From: Eledone cirrhosa
Taxonomy: Eukaryota
Length of the DNA: 64,000 nucleotides
Assembly: GCA_964016885.1 (NCBI GenBank)
Contig: OZ024747.1
Location: 3,286,001-3,350,000 of the forward strand
Direction of reading: 5' to 3'
Below are positions 13,691-27,509 of the stretch, one piece after another; position 1 is the first letter of the stretch, and every line of letters starts with the position of its first letter. A model generated the notes under the pieces. That model had not been told where the DNA came from. It saw nothing but the letters and a program-made list of their open reading frames with translations, and made no database searches. The translations under genes were made by a program, and so were the position numbers.

Positions 13691-15271
13691 ATAAACTATC
13701 AACGATATGTTAGAAAAACGATAGAAAAATTCAAATGTCTCATGATATAAGTCGACTGTTATCTATTTATAGTTGTTAAAAATTTAATAAAATTTGGAGT
13801 AGAGTTGAATGTCCGATTTTCTAGTAAGAGATAAATATTCTAGGAAAAACAAACATATCCGCTGTGTGTTTAAAAGCAATTTTTCTCATGAAACCACTTA
13901 ATATTTATTGTAGATGTTATCATTGCCATGAATTTTGCAATCATAAAGAGAAATTTATAAATAGAAAAACCTTCATGCTCAGTTAACTTGACATTCAAAA
14001 TTTTAGTGAAAGGGAACATTTCAAATTATAAAATTGAATTAAATAATGGTTGCTAAATTTTGATTTCTGTAGGAAAGGTATACGATTCTTCTCTACACAG
14101 ATTTCTTCATTTGTATATGTGTAAATGAGCCAATATAAAACCAATAAAGTGTCTATGACATCAAGTAAATTGATGTCTATTGCTTTGAGAATTGTCTGAA
14201 TCTTTCGAATATCAAACTGAATAATGTATGTTTCAGTGATTAGTATAACAAATACTTGATTAATGGAAAATGGCACAAACAGGAGAAACTATTTTAATTC
14301 TAATCATTTTCAATGATCAAAAGACAAAGTTACCCAAATTAAATAAAATGAATACCTAATGAATATATTCAGTGAGCTCATTAATTTGTAGTCAGATATG
14401 ACACTCACCATGGACATCATAGGAACAGAGTAGATTTAACCTCTCAAGTGTGCAAATCCATAGAATTTTGTATATGGCAATAAAAGCTGCTAAAGTGACT
14501 AATTTGTGTTCTGTAAAGAAATACTGACCAATTTATTCTTTTTAACTCCTTCCCACAAAGCCTTCTTCAAGTCTTTCCTTTCTAAAGATATAAATCATTG
14601 GTAAAAAATAAATAAATAAATCAGTGTTTGTAGCATAAAATTCTACTCTGTTTCTGTATTGGATTACTTGTAAGGTTATTCAGTTCCTCTGTAAACTCTT
14701 CGATTGTCTATTCTGTTTCAAATTGTTCATTGCATGACTGGCTCTGAATGCTAGCTATATGATCACATTCTAATATAGCCAAATATTCTTTGTTCCTTTC
14801 CCAATATAGGAGAATAGTAAAGCTGAAAGCAGTTAATTTATATTCGACTCACTATATACAGCCATCAGATAAACATCTTTAATTCATTTATTCAGACAGA
14901 GCTATAAAATTTTGTCAAAAGTGAGTATTGTTCTTCCTGGTAGGAAAGACAAAAATAAAAAAGAAAGAAAAAAGGCCATTATTTTAGAGAGTCCAAAAAA
15001 AATATATTCAATAAGATTTTATGTGTATGCATGGTTATCTTTTTATCAAAATATTCTTGGACATAGGATTGGTGAACATACATATCATGTGATGTTATTG
15101 ATGCTACATCTATTCCTACACACAGTGTATATATATATATATATACACACACATGTGTATGTGTGTGTGTATTTATGTATATATACCTATATATGTATAT
15201 ATATCTATATATACAGGAATATGTATATACATACACATGACATAGTCATATATTCACACACACACAGTATA

Positions 15272-15460
15272 TCATCATCATCACCGTTTAATGTCCATTT
15301 TCCCTGTAAGCATGGGTTAGATGGTTTCTCCTATTTGAGGCATGTTGAGGTTGGATGACCATGTCTTGCTCATACAGAACTGATTTTGGCTTGGTTTCTA
15401 TGGCTGGATGACCTTCCTAATGCCAATCGCATTTACAGTGAGTGCTGGGTGCTTTTTGTT
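15272..15460 (-). mobile_element. RTE 3' UTR/tail fragment within a microsatellite
   Basis: (CAT)n then CGTTTAATGTCC..CATGGGTTAGA; similar to the reverse complement of 12440-12630. Confidence 0.75.
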
Positions 15461-15972
15461 ATGATATATCTATATATATCTATCTATATATATATATATA
15501 TATACACATATATATATATATATACTGCAGCCATCATTTGCAGTCACATCTGACTTGTATATTATGCTATTGTTATAATATTTAAATGGCCATGCAGTCA
15601 CAGACAGGCATGAACACCTTTTCACCCCTCTCCCTCTTGATCCCGTGGAACATCCAAGAACCTAACCTTTTCACTAAAACCATAACCTCTATCTTTAAAC
15701 TTGAATCTAAATTGTAACCCTCGCTAATATCTAACTCTAGCTCCAACTATAACCCTAACCCTTATCTCAAACACTAAACCTGAATCATAATATTCTTTTT
15801 CTTTCAGAATTAATGTTTGAGGCCTAGGGATTTTGGGTGGTGGTAGTGGAGGTTTCTAATAAAAGGAAAACACTAAGAAGTTACCTCACCAATGCATATA
15901 TAAATGTACATATAATCATTAGATGTAGATAATTTCTAATATACTGGGTTAAGGTCCTTTTCAGCACAGCAA

Positions 15973-16334
<362 letters not shown>

Positions 16335-16650
16335 GAAGTGGTTACACAACAGTTAGTTCACCATACCGAGATCAATTGTTTCACCCTAGCGGATCCTCAG
16401 CTCGTAATGGACATGGTTATACGGAACAGGAAGGACAACCATACGAACGTGCATGCGCAGAAATGGTCACTTCACTCAGGCACTGAGAAATTTCAGGAGA
16501 AATCATCAGGCCTTCCTGATGATTTCTCCCAAATGAAACAGTTCTAGTCCTGTAGAAGCCATTTCTATATTAAATATTCATACTCTGCTATGTATTGAGT
16601 ACCTTACTTACTATGGTTACCCCCGATTGAACCCAGGATAAACTTATATA
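16335..16650. mobile_element. Composite Penelope-like pLTR element (two families in opposite orientation)
   Basis: Left part similar to 51638-51717; right part similar to 49715-49850; flanked by (TA)n on both sides. Confidence 0.55.
16367..16404 (-). ncRNA. Minimal hammerhead ribozyme, cleavage triplet mutated
   Basis: Minus strand: CGAG-CTGAGGA-TCC-gcta-GGG-t-GAAA-CAATTG-AT-CTCG. Stem I 4 bp, palindromic stem III; the homologues at 51.7 kb have TT where this copy has AT. Confidence 0.6.
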
Positions 16651-18547
16651 TATATATGAGAGAGAGAGAGACTACACACACAAACACCCAGAGTAGGTCT
16701 ATGATGAACATTTTTAGTGCAATAGATATGAAATATTGATGGACGCATGAAAATCATTAAAAGAATCTTAGACTACAAATATATTTCTTAAACATGAATA
16801 CCAATATATTTTTCTTGTCAACTGTCTTTTTCATGCACTAATTAGATTGATGACAAATTATATTCAGTCATTTTGCAAAGGCATGTAATAATACATATTG
16901 ATTGTACACACTTGCATATGTGTTTATGTGCATGTGTGTGTATGTGCATGTTTGCATATGTGTGTGTAAGTGTGTGTGTGCATATGTGCATGTCCATGTG
17001 GATATGGGTAGGTGGGGTTGTGCGTGTTGAAAAATGAATTTTAAAAATAGCAATACTAAATATCTCACCATTACAATATTTGAATATAATTTCACTCATC
17101 ATTAGCTTTATTCTTCTGAGTTTTTTAATATTTAAAAAAGATTTTTTTTCATCTTACTTCATAAAGTATTTTTCTCCTAACTTCATAAAGTATTTTTCTC
17201 CTATTTTGACAGCTTCAGTGCAAGAATGTTAAACTTCCCCAGTAAATTATTACTGACCTTTTAGATTTAAGCCTTGTTGATTATGCATTGATATGAATAA
17301 CTTTAAAATATTTTTATGTACAATAATAGGAGGCAAGTGAAGATAGGAATAGGATTTACATCAAGTTTAATCAATATCCGTCTTGAATTCATTAGTTGCT
17401 TTGTTGCTACAACATCCTCGATAATTAGATTCTTTTAGAATCAACTCGCCTTTTCTTCAGTTAGACAGTGTCAACTTATCACATGTTATTTTCACAAAAG
17501 AAGACACATGTAAAGATTTTTAGCATCCAACTGTTTCTATCATTAGAAAGACTGAGGAAAATCCTACCTCAAGGTTTTAACAAATAAGAAATGTTTGTTA
17601 CGGATGTGGCTCCATTACCTTCACTTGAAAATAGTAAGAATGTCATTATTTCTCATAAAATCTAAATCAAGATGATAATTGACTTATTCGTTAATCATCT
17701 CTTAACAAACGACTAAATTAAAATGAAATGCCATTGCAAACATTCTAATTAAGTATATGGTACTAATGAAGCAACTCCCAATATTCTTTTATCTTTCAAT
17801 TAATCTTAGATGAAAGGATTTGTAGGTGTTCACAAGAAGTTGATTACTGATTAACGGCCATTTTGCTTCAGTTGTCATTTAGGTTGCTCAAAGTAGGTTT
17901 TTCATCTTTATGAAAGATAAATGAGTTTAAAAACGTCTAACTTTTGTTAAATTAGAAGCTGATCATAATTATCTTTAAAGTAATGTAGAACTTTCCACAA
18001 AAGATTAATACTAGCTTTCATTTTCCTCTTATTCCTAGCGCTGCTATCAATCTTTCAAATATATGGTACAAGAAAATGAAAAATTAGCTTCTATTAAACA
18101 ACATAAAATATTCATACATCTATCATATTACCAAAATATTCTCAGTTTCTGTTTCTCTCCTTGTTCTATAGTAGTGAAGAGATAATATAGTTTCTCTAAC
18201 CTCAATCCTTCTATATTCTTCAGCTAGGTAGGAGTGCTATGTACAGTATATAACCTCCTTCTTTAAAAACATTATACAGGCTTCTTATCTCCTGGGAGCA
18301 TCACTAAATAGATTCGTCATTTTCTAGTTTATAGTCTCTTTATCTGGAGAAAATATCATCAGCTTACAGCCATTTAACCTCTCAAGAACATTTGCATATA
18401 CCCCCTTCATCTCACCAAAGCATCTATCAAATAGTTTTTCTACTTTTTTCTATTATTCTACATCTAACAATGTTGCTAGGTTTCAAGAGGATATTTACTA
18501 GAGATATATGTGTCTGTTAAAGGAGTGTTCTACTGACAAAAACATTA

Positions 18548-18820
18548 AGAGAGAGAGAGAGGGGGAGGGAGAGATGGGGAGAGAGAAATATAAGAGAGAT
18601 GGAGGTACAAGTGAGAGATGAGAGATTGAAAGAGAGAAAGATGTAGGTAAAAGAGAGGACGAGAGAGAAATGAGGCAGATGATAGAGAAAGAGAGAGAGG
18701 GGTGTATAAGAGAGATGAGAGAGAGAGAGAGAGAGATAAAAAGTGTGATATAATTATGTAAGGGAGAGAGGGAGATGATAAAGAAAGAGATGGAGAGAAA
18801 GACAGACAGAGAGAGAGAGC
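18548..18820. repeat. Degenerate (GA)n purine-rich tract
   Basis: Directly visible. Confidence 0.9.
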
Positions 18821-20114
18821 GCCCCCTGTTCAGAAAATCCAATGTAGAAAAAGTTAAAATAATCATGGAGAGTTATTTATTTTATGTGAATATCACTATA
18901 AAAGGTAAGTTTAAGTAGGTTTTACTATGTTTATGTCTGACATCTTAGCATTGTATTAAAGTAACTTCACTCTTTACAGGACAAGTGCTTGGACATTTCT
19001 ATTCTTATACAATACAGGGATAAAATCAGATACATCTTAAAGAGAACACTCTTTATATCATTTTAGGTTCCTCATAGTATTACCCATTGAATAATAATTT
19101 CATTTTTTTCTGTGATTGACTTTAATAGTTGCACGTCTCAAATGTAATATTTTCCTTGGTTCTGTAACATTAAATATATAAAAAATGAATTTTCCTTAGT
19201 CCATCCTATAAAGTGGTCATGCTGGTGTCTTGACAAACAGCATCCAGTCTAGCCTGTAAGAAGGTTGTATTGGGGATATGACAAAAAGTACCTAGTCCAT
19301 ACTGAAAATGTAATTACGATAGTCATCCAACGATAGAAACTAAGCCAGAAACAGTTCTGTATGAGATATGGTCATGTGATTTGAATTGTCTCACAATGGG
19401 ATAACTCATCTAACTCATCCTAGCATGAAAAATGGATGTTCAACAGTGATGTTGATGATGATGATGATGATAGGCCTTATTACATATTTCATGAAGAATG
19501 TTATATTATCCAGCTTGGTAAACAGAAACATTTCTTGTTAGGTGACCTCTCTAGAAGTTCAACAAAACACTTACAATGGATATTCACTCACATAACAAAC
19601 TTATCCAGTTAAACATTTTGCATATTTATGAAGTAAGAATAACTTCTATTTTAAATTGAAAATATGTTTGAAATCATTTTTTTATCCCTGATAATTGGTC
19701 ACTGTGGTTAACTTTTCACCAATTTACACAGCTCAAGTCAGTTAGAAAGCCAGTTAATTAAATTATTTGATGATTAGTATGAATTTGAGTTTTAACAAAA
19801 TAAGAGATAAATAAGTGTGTATATATGTGGAATTCTCTCTTTGAGGTGAGTCTCACTCACTCATTGGGCTGTCAAGAAAATACGAAAATACAATTAAAAT
19901 AATTGAAAGTATATTTCATATAAAAACAGAAAGAAACATTTAAGAGTGTTCAAAGTATATTTGGATCATAATTTGTTGAAAGTATGTTTCTATTTTGCTA
20001 ATTAGGGAGATATGCAGAGAAAGAAATAAGATTAGAATTTAAATATATTGAAAACAACTGAAAATAAATCCAATTCTTTAAAATGTTAATTATGACATGA
20101 CAAAAAACACTCGG

Positions 20115-20355
20115 CCCACCCTGTAAGGTGATCATGCTGGTGACATGATTAAAAAGTATCCAATCCAACCTATCAGTTGTACATTTTTGTGCTACGATAA
20201 AAAGCACCCAGTCTACACTGTAAATATGGTTGGTTTTAGGAAGGGCATCCAGCTACAGAAACGAAGCCAGAAACAGTTCTGTATTAGCAAGACATGGTCT
20301 AATCTGACTTGTCTCGTAACATCAGGACAACTTGTCTAACCCATGCTAGCATGGT
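20115..20355 (+). mobile_element. RTE-tail-derived repeat (related copies near 19200-19470, 27100-27310, 29100-29405)
   Basis: AAAAGCACCCAGT..GTAAA..GGTTGGTTTTAGGAAGGGCATCCAGC..CCATGCTAGCATGG matches the 3' UTR of 12141-12630. Confidence 0.75.
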
Positions 20356-20639
20356 GGTCGTGGTGGTGATGGGGATGGTGGTGGTGATGATAGTGGTGGT
20401 GCTGATTGTGGTGGTAGTTATTATGATGATAATGATGATGATTAAGAGAAATACAAATATTGTAAATTATGCAACAAACTTCTTGTGATTCTTGGTTTTA
20501 TTTTCTCTTTTCACTTACAACATAAAAATGGCATGAATATCACAACTTCCAAAAGCCAATATGTCTAATCAAACACTGATGGATCATTAGAAATGAAAGG
20601 AATAGAAAATTGGTTCTATCATTACACCAGTGTATAAAA

Positions 20640-20826
20640 TAATTGTTTCTACTTTTGGCACAAGGCCAGTAATTACCCCAGTGCATTACTGGTACTTTAT
20701 TTTATTGACCCCGTAAGTATGAAAGGCAAAGTTAACCTCGGTGGAATTTGAACTCAGAATGGCAAGGGCCATAACTCTATGCGTTAAAGCATGGCGTCCG
20801 ACCCTCTACCGATACTGCCAATCCAC
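20640..20826 (-). mobile_element. SINE family A, near full length
   Basis: Reverse complement GTGGATTGGCAGTATCGG..GAGTTCAAAT..CTTTCAT..ACGGGGTC..GTACCAG..GGCCTTGTGCCAAAAGTAGAAAC. Confidence 0.85.
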
Positions 20827-20910
20827 AAAATAATACACATCACTTATGATTAAGGTAAAAAGTTATCAACTACAAAATATTTATTTTATATTCTATGTAT
20901 GCACACACAC

Positions 20911-21060
20911 ACACCACACCACACCACACCACACCACACCACACCACACCACACCACACCACACCACACCACACCACACCACACCACACCACACCACACC
21001 ACACCACACCACACCACACCACACCACACCACACCACACCACACCACACCACACCACACC
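20911..21060. repeat. (ACACC)30 perfect pentanucleotide microsatellite
   Basis: Directly visible; explains the HHTTP and CGVVW ORFs. Confidence 0.95.
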
Positions 21061-21166
21061 ACACACACACACACACACACACACGTGTGTGTGTGTGTTT
21101 AAGTGTGTATGTAAGCGTGTGTGTATATATATAAGCATGTATGTATATATTCATGTATGTCTGTAT

Positions 21167-21197
<31 letters not shown>

Positions 21198-21880
21198 TGT
21201 TAAATGAAGAGACAGAAAAAACAAAACAAGACAGAAAATGGTAAATATGTTTGTGTGTGAATGTGTATGTGTGTGAATGTGTATGTGTGTGCACGAGTGT
21301 GTGTGTATATGCTTTTAATCATGGCAAAGGAATAGCTTGTAATTTCCTTTAAATTTCTCTGAAGTATTCGACTTATTCATTTTGAATTAATATGGGTGGG
21401 AGTGATAACTCAATCCTCAACATATCTTTTGATATTTTTTTTCCTTCGTTGCTATGTTATCAAATAATTTCCTATTTTTAAGAGAGAAAAAAAATCATAT
21501 AAAAAGTATATAAAATGCAGTCAAGGTACTCTTGATGTTGTCCATTTTACTTTTTATGAGCAAAACTGTTTGTGCTTCAAGTAAAAGCATAAAATATTAA
21601 GTTCAATAGACCTTAAGTCTTGATAGAAATACATTCCATTAGCTATAATGTATAAATAAGTGAGATTTTTAATGGTAAAGATAAATGGTCCATGTGTTGG
21701 TAGTGGGCTAATTTAGAACTAAATTTTACAAAATATGTTTGTCAACAAGTTTATTTCCTGAAATTTTATAGTATAAAATAAGATTATCATTTTAAAATAC
21801 ATAATAATTCCTAAATGACATTTCATTGACTTTGTGAATTTTATATGGTCAATTTCAGTTTTTCAAGTAATGTTGATCCA

Positions 21881-21933
<53 letters not shown>

Positions 21934-22097
21934 ATATATATATATATATAATGTGTGTGTATAATTAATGTGTATATACATATTTATATGTATATATATT
22001 ATATATGTATGTAAAAGGTAAACAGAAATAACACCACAATCAGTACAGTATATGGAAGGGATATATTAGGTTAGCACTTGATATAGCAGGAAGAGGG

Positions 22098-22133
22098 TCT
22101 TAACGTTTCGGATGCTAGTCCTTCATCAGAAGA
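22098..22133 (-). ncRNA. Minimal hammerhead ribozyme in a Penelope-like pLTR (about 22010-22230)
   Basis: Minus strand: TCTT-CTGATGA-a-GGA-ctagca-TCC-GAAA-CG-TT-AAGA. Stem I TCTT/AAGA, stem II GGA/TCC, palindromic ACGT stem III, GUU triplet. Confidence 0.7.
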
Positions 22134-22377
22134 AAGAATGAGAAATAAGATAGATTGAGGGGACGGGTGGGTTGTAATTGGGAAAAATGTATTTAGATAA
22201 AGATAACAGGTCCATTCATGTTGACATCTCTTGCAAATATATATATAAACAAATGTCATATTTCCTAATTTTTATGCACCACACAATTTAAAAGGGTGGC
22301 ATTTAGTTCCTCTCATCAGTTAGAGGTAGAAAATAAATCAGAATTTAGATTTTTGCTCTAGCATAGCAGATACATAA

Positions 22378-22780
22378 TTGTATTTCTGAGTTTTATATCG
22401 AATAATATTATTTTATTCATTTGCAAGCAAACAGCCTCATTAAACTATGTGTTTTAGATGACCATCACCATATTTTTGTTCTTTCTGTCACCACTAGAAC
22501 AAAAGGATGGCAATAGTCATCTAAAAACATAGCATAATGAGGCCGTTTGCTTGCAAACGATAAAATATTATTATTATTCGATATAGGGCAGTGGATTGGC
22601 AGTATCGGTAGTCAGATGCCATGCTTTACAGCATAGAGGTATGGCCCTTTATGATCTGAGTTCAAATCCTGTTGAGGTTAACTTTGCCTTTCATCCTTAC
22701 GGGGGTTGATAAAATAAAGTACCTAGCTTTGTGCCAAAAGTAGAAACAATTATTATTTGATATAAAATTCATGAATGCAA
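22378..22780. mobile_element. Fold-back (MITE-like) element interrupted by a SINE
   Basis: 22378-22480 is an imperfect inverted copy of 22497-22585 plus 22760-22780. Confidence 0.6.
22586..22750 (+). mobile_element. SINE family A with target-site duplication
   Basis: GGGCAGTGGATTGGCAG..GAGTTCAAATCC; flanked by ATTATTATTCGATATA and ATTATTATTTGATATA. Confidence 0.85.
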
Positions 22781-22875
22781 ATCAGAATGATATTCCTCAT
22801 TCGATGAGAATAACCGTAATATTACCAATAAATGCAATTGTAAACTGTGTGGATAAATACAGCACAGCTGCATAA

Positions 22876-23095
22876 TTAACCCTTTAGAATTTACATTGCT
22901 CTATATTTTCTATTATATTTTCACAGTAAAGACTTTACTTCACATAATTATCTCACATAATATGAGATTTTGATATTATTTATTTTGAGAACAATACCTT
23001 AACATAAGTATAAATGGCCGGTTACAGCTAGTTTGAACAGAAAGTGGTGAGAGAATTCTGGCTGGATACGACCAGTTTAAATGCTAAAGGGTTAA
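22876..23095. mobile_element. piggyBac-type MITE
   Basis: TTAA-CCCTTTAGAATTT ... AAATGCTAAAGGG-TTAA: CCC/GGG TIR ends with TTAA TSD; three copies in the window. Confidence 0.85.
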
Positions 23096-23449
23096 GAAGT
23101 TCACATCCTAGTCCTAAAGTTGATCCAATCCAACAGCAATGCATCATGGACAGGTGTCTTTCACTGAAACTAAACAACTGGAACACTGATTGGCAAAACT
23201 GATAGAGGTTCAGTTATTTTTAACCACAGAGAATGAGAAAATTGTCTAATCTGTATGTTGGTAGCTAGTATAAGTTGTACAATATGTAAGATTAATTTCT
23301 ATTTGATGAGAAATTTAGCAATAGTACAAGTACTTCTGGAGATTTCCTGTCTTCTGGTACTATTTGAAAGACACCAAGAAGAGAAGAGATCTACAATAGT
23401 TAATTCTGAAAACTATGACAGAATTGACAAAATATTTGATCTGTACAAG

Positions 23450-24240
23450 AGATAAAGAATTCTTTGATATTTCTGTTATGACTAGCACAACAGGAGTGAC
23501 TGATCATTTGGTCGAAAACACAACATTTAAGAAATTGATAAATTTTTTCCATTGAAACAAATGTTTTCAGTAATATTGTTTATTAGATAATATAACTTTC
23601 TAAGGTTTATTTTGAAGCAAGAAGCATTGTTCTATTTATTGATTGACATTAATGTTGTCAGGTTAATTAAGGGAGGACAAAATAGGTGTTGTAAAGGACA
23701 AGGCCCAGTACTGTGTATTGAGAGAGTTTGCATGTGAAGGGTGATATCTCTGATCTCACTCAACGTTTTTTGAATGTCTGGATTTTTTTTATATATGTGA
23801 AATGAACTTCAGAGAGCACAAGTCTTTCAAAGGAATTCCACAAATGTAATCTATAGATCTAACAGCAGGAAAGATTGTCATGGGGATTCTCACAGCTATC
23901 ATTAAACTATCATGGCTTTGACTGGTGTTTTATATTGTCATGAAGAATGCTGATGATCAGTTAGATAACGAAGTATTACATTCTTGATAAGCTTAATGTT
24001 GAAAGAAATATACACATTTGGTAGAGAGATACAATTTGATGGCAAAGATTGACTTTTTGATGATCGGAGAGATGGCTGATGTCTTAGATCTTCAATTGAG
24101 CCAATTCTTAAATGTAGAAATATTCCTTACTAGAATAATAAAGAGGTTGGGCAAAATGTTAACCTCTTTGAACAATTCTAAACCTTTATTGAGAGCATTT
24201 CTAATGAAATACAGTCTGTTTCAATAAATTAACGAAAAAT
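23450..24240 (+). pseudogene. Possible highly decayed non-LTR reverse transcriptase
   Basis: Only GIPQ (about 23832) and xADD (about 23947) motifs in plausible order; many stops. Confidence 0.3.
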
Positions 24241-24654
24241 TTTGAGGAATTTACTAAAATTATTAATTATTTCATTGCTAAGATAGTAACTTAATGTAAG
24301 GTTCTTATATAAAATTATGTTGGAAGATTTTATAATATAAAAGCAAAGGTGTGAGGGGAACATTGAGACTTACAAACTATACTAGTTTTACTTATAATTT
24401 ACCATTAGAGATTCTAAAGTACCAAAATTCAAAATCTGATATTATTAACTTTTGTCACAAATGTTTAAAATTTTTGAATATCTCATGGAAAACAATGAAT
24501 TTAGAAATTATATTTAAGTTTCTAAAATGAATTTCTAACATAGTCACAGTGTCTCAAATCTAAGGAAAGAAATAAACAGTGGATATCAACTATAGTACCT
24601 GGCTGTATATTTGACATTATCAAGCTCAGAAAGAATAGGATTGCAAATACAAAT

Positions 24655-25035
24655 GGTCAAAATGGGCTTCCTACGAAGGGTTTTGGAGTAACATTACTTG
24701 ATAGAGTGTGTAGCTCAGAGATCAGAGAGTCACTTCAGATAGAGCTGCTACTTCTCCAAATTGAGAGATCACAGTTTTGATACTATGGACATGTGGATAG
24801 AATGTCTCAGGAAAGAATCACTGGACAAATTTTACAGGCAAAACCAACCAGCAGGGGACCCTGGGGTAGATCTTGTGCAAGATGGTTGAATAACATCCAT
24901 GAGCTTAACTGGTCTCACTTGAAGATCCAGCCAGATCAGTTGGAGATGGTTGCTTTTGACAGGGCCTGCTGGAAGGAGTGTGTGAAGATTCTGCTCCCAC
25001 GACCCTCTCAGGAATAAGTGGACGAAGAAGAAGAA
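24655..25035 (+). mobile_element. 5'-truncated RTE-clade LINE, second family, (GAA)n tail
   Basis: Translation MGFLRRVFGVTLLDRVCSSEIRESL..YYGHVDRMSQERITGQIL..RGPWGRSCARW; GAAGAAGAAGAA tail. Confidence 0.88.
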
Positions 25036-25345
25036 ACCCAGAAAGCTGAAAAGCTGATCTGGACACGAATCTAAAGAGCTGAAACAAAAACTGTATGGCA
25101 CTTTGCCTAACACTAGAGAACACCATTTTTATTGAACTCTTCAGTAGTCTCAATGCAAATTGTTATATATTATAAACAGAGCTTAATTCAACAGATAGAT
25201 TAACAACTCCAAAATGGAGAAACAAAAGTAAAACTGTCACTATTTACAATATTGACTTATATTGACTTATATTTCAATTTACTTATTGAACAAATGAAAA
25301 CAGAGAAACATTTCATGGGATATCATCTTGATTATTTTAGCCTGT

Positions 25346-25347
<2 letters not shown>

Positions 25348-25387
<40 letters not shown>

Positions 25388-26580
25388 TTATATATATGTA
25401 TGTATACATATATATATATATGTATACATACATACATATATATATACATGTATATGTGTGTGTGTGTGTGTATGCATATATATGTGTGTCTGTGTATGTA
25501 TATATATATATGTGTGTGTGTGTGTATGTATATATATATATGTGTGTGTATGTATATATATATATGTGTGTGTATCATCATCATCATCGTTTAACGTCCG
25601 TCTTCCACGCTTGCATGGGTTTGGATGTGTATGTATATATATATGTATGTATATATATATATATATATATATGTGTGTATATATGTATGTATATATATAT
25701 GTGTGTATATATGTATGTATATATATATGTGTGTATATATGTGTGTATATATATGTATGTATATATATATGTGTGTATATATATATGTATGTGTATATAT
25801 ACATATATATATATATATATGGGTGTATATATATATATATGTGTGTATGTGTGTATATATATATATATGGGTGTATATATATATATATGTGTGTATGTGT
25901 GTATATATATATATATGTGTGTATGTATATATATATATGTGTGTAAGTATATATATATATGTGTGTGTATGTATGTATATATGTGTGTATGTATGTATAT
26001 ATATATATATGTGTGTATATGTGTATATATATATATGTGTGTATGTGTGTATATATATATATGTGTGTATGTATATATATATATGTGTGTATGTATATAT
26101 ATATATGTGTGTAAGTATATATATATATATGTGTGTGTATGTATGTATATATGTGTGTGTGTATGTATGTATGTATATATATATGTGTGTATGTATGTAT
26201 GTATATATATATATATGTGTGTATGTATCTATATATATATATATATGTGTGTATGTATGTATATATATATATATGTGTGTATGTATGTATATATATATAT
26301 GTGTGTATGTATGTATATATGTGTGTATGTATGTATATATATATGTGTGTGTGTATGTATATATATATGTGTGTATGTATGTATATATATATGTGTGTAT
26401 GTATGTATATATATATATATATGTGTGTATGTATGTATATATATATATGTGTGTATGTATGTATATATATATATGTGTGTGTATGTATGTATATATATAT
26501 ATATGTGTGTATGTATGTATATATATATATATGTGTGTATGTATGCGTGTGTTCATGTGCGTATACACACATGTATATAT
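25348..26580. repeat. Complex TA/TG/GTAT microsatellite (1.2 kb) with a short RTE-tail insertion at about 25574-25625
   Basis: Directly visible; source of the 200-426 aa low-complexity ORFs. Confidence 0.95.
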
Positions 26581-26849
26581 ATCTTGCTAACAGGGAAAGC
26601 GGACTTTTCATGATGATGGTGATGCTGATATATTGTGTGTATATATGTGTGTTGAACAATGGAAACAAAAGGCAATGTTTAGTGCTTAATCAATTTATTG
26701 TTTTACAATCATTTCGGAATCAATATAGTGACTATACACACATACACATACTTATTTACATACATATACACACATACACACACACACACACACTAACATA
26801 CATATATCTAATGTCCTCCAATAAAAATCTATAACAAACACAAGAATGG

Positions 26850-27000
26850 TTGAGTGTGATTAAATAATTCACTTTGCTACCATATGGCTTTGGAGTTGGA
26901 ACCCACTCTACAGTACCTTGGGTAACAGTGTTCTACTATAGACACTAACCAACACCTTGTCAGTGAAGTTGGTTAGTGGAAACTGTGCAGAAGCTCATTG
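26850..27000 (+). mobile_element. Degenerate SINE family C
   Basis: ACCTTGGGTAACAGTGTTCTACTATAG..GGAAACTGTGCAGAAG; related to 52575-52740. Confidence 0.55.
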
Positions 27001-27193
27001 TATGTGTATGTGTGTTTTTATACTAACACTAATTAAGCAAGTGGTGACATTTTTTTATGTTCTGCATAAACAATACATCTTGCTGTTTAGTGGATTGACA
27101 AAGATAAATGGTATTTGATAGTACCATAGTTAAGAATATAGTACATGTTGGCATTAGGAAGGGCATCAAACCTACAATGTTTTCATTGTTCAA

Positions 27194-27236
<43 letters not shown>

Positions 27237-27509
27237 TTACAGCCTAAAAAATGTCTCATCAAACCCATGCCACCATGGCAAAGCAGATTTCAAAACGATT
27301 ATGATGATGAATACAGCTATATGATATCAGCTATATGATATCAGTTATATGTTACAGGTCTATCAAACTTTTATTACACTATGTAATCCCAATTGAATTA
27401 TTTCCATGCAATAATTTATATGTTACTACAAGGGAAACACCACTTTATTTTTTATTGTCAACCTTTGATTTATTTTTGCAAATTTAAAAGGATTAACTTG
27501 ATCAACAAG

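Noticed and set aside
15660-15790. Interstitial telomere (CCCTAA-like)
   Set aside because: Only about two good units in a degenerate tract; more likely part of an unclassified repeat (similar at 39230-39270).
17156-17203. 24-bp direct repeat
   Set aside because: Simple local tandem duplication with no further structure.
20846-21244. HHTTP / CGVVW repeat proteins
   Set aside because: Artefact of the (ACACC)30 microsatellite.
25279-26834. Longest ORFs (198-426 aa)
   Set aside because: Translations of stop-free TA/TG microsatellite in several frames on both strands; no real protein content.
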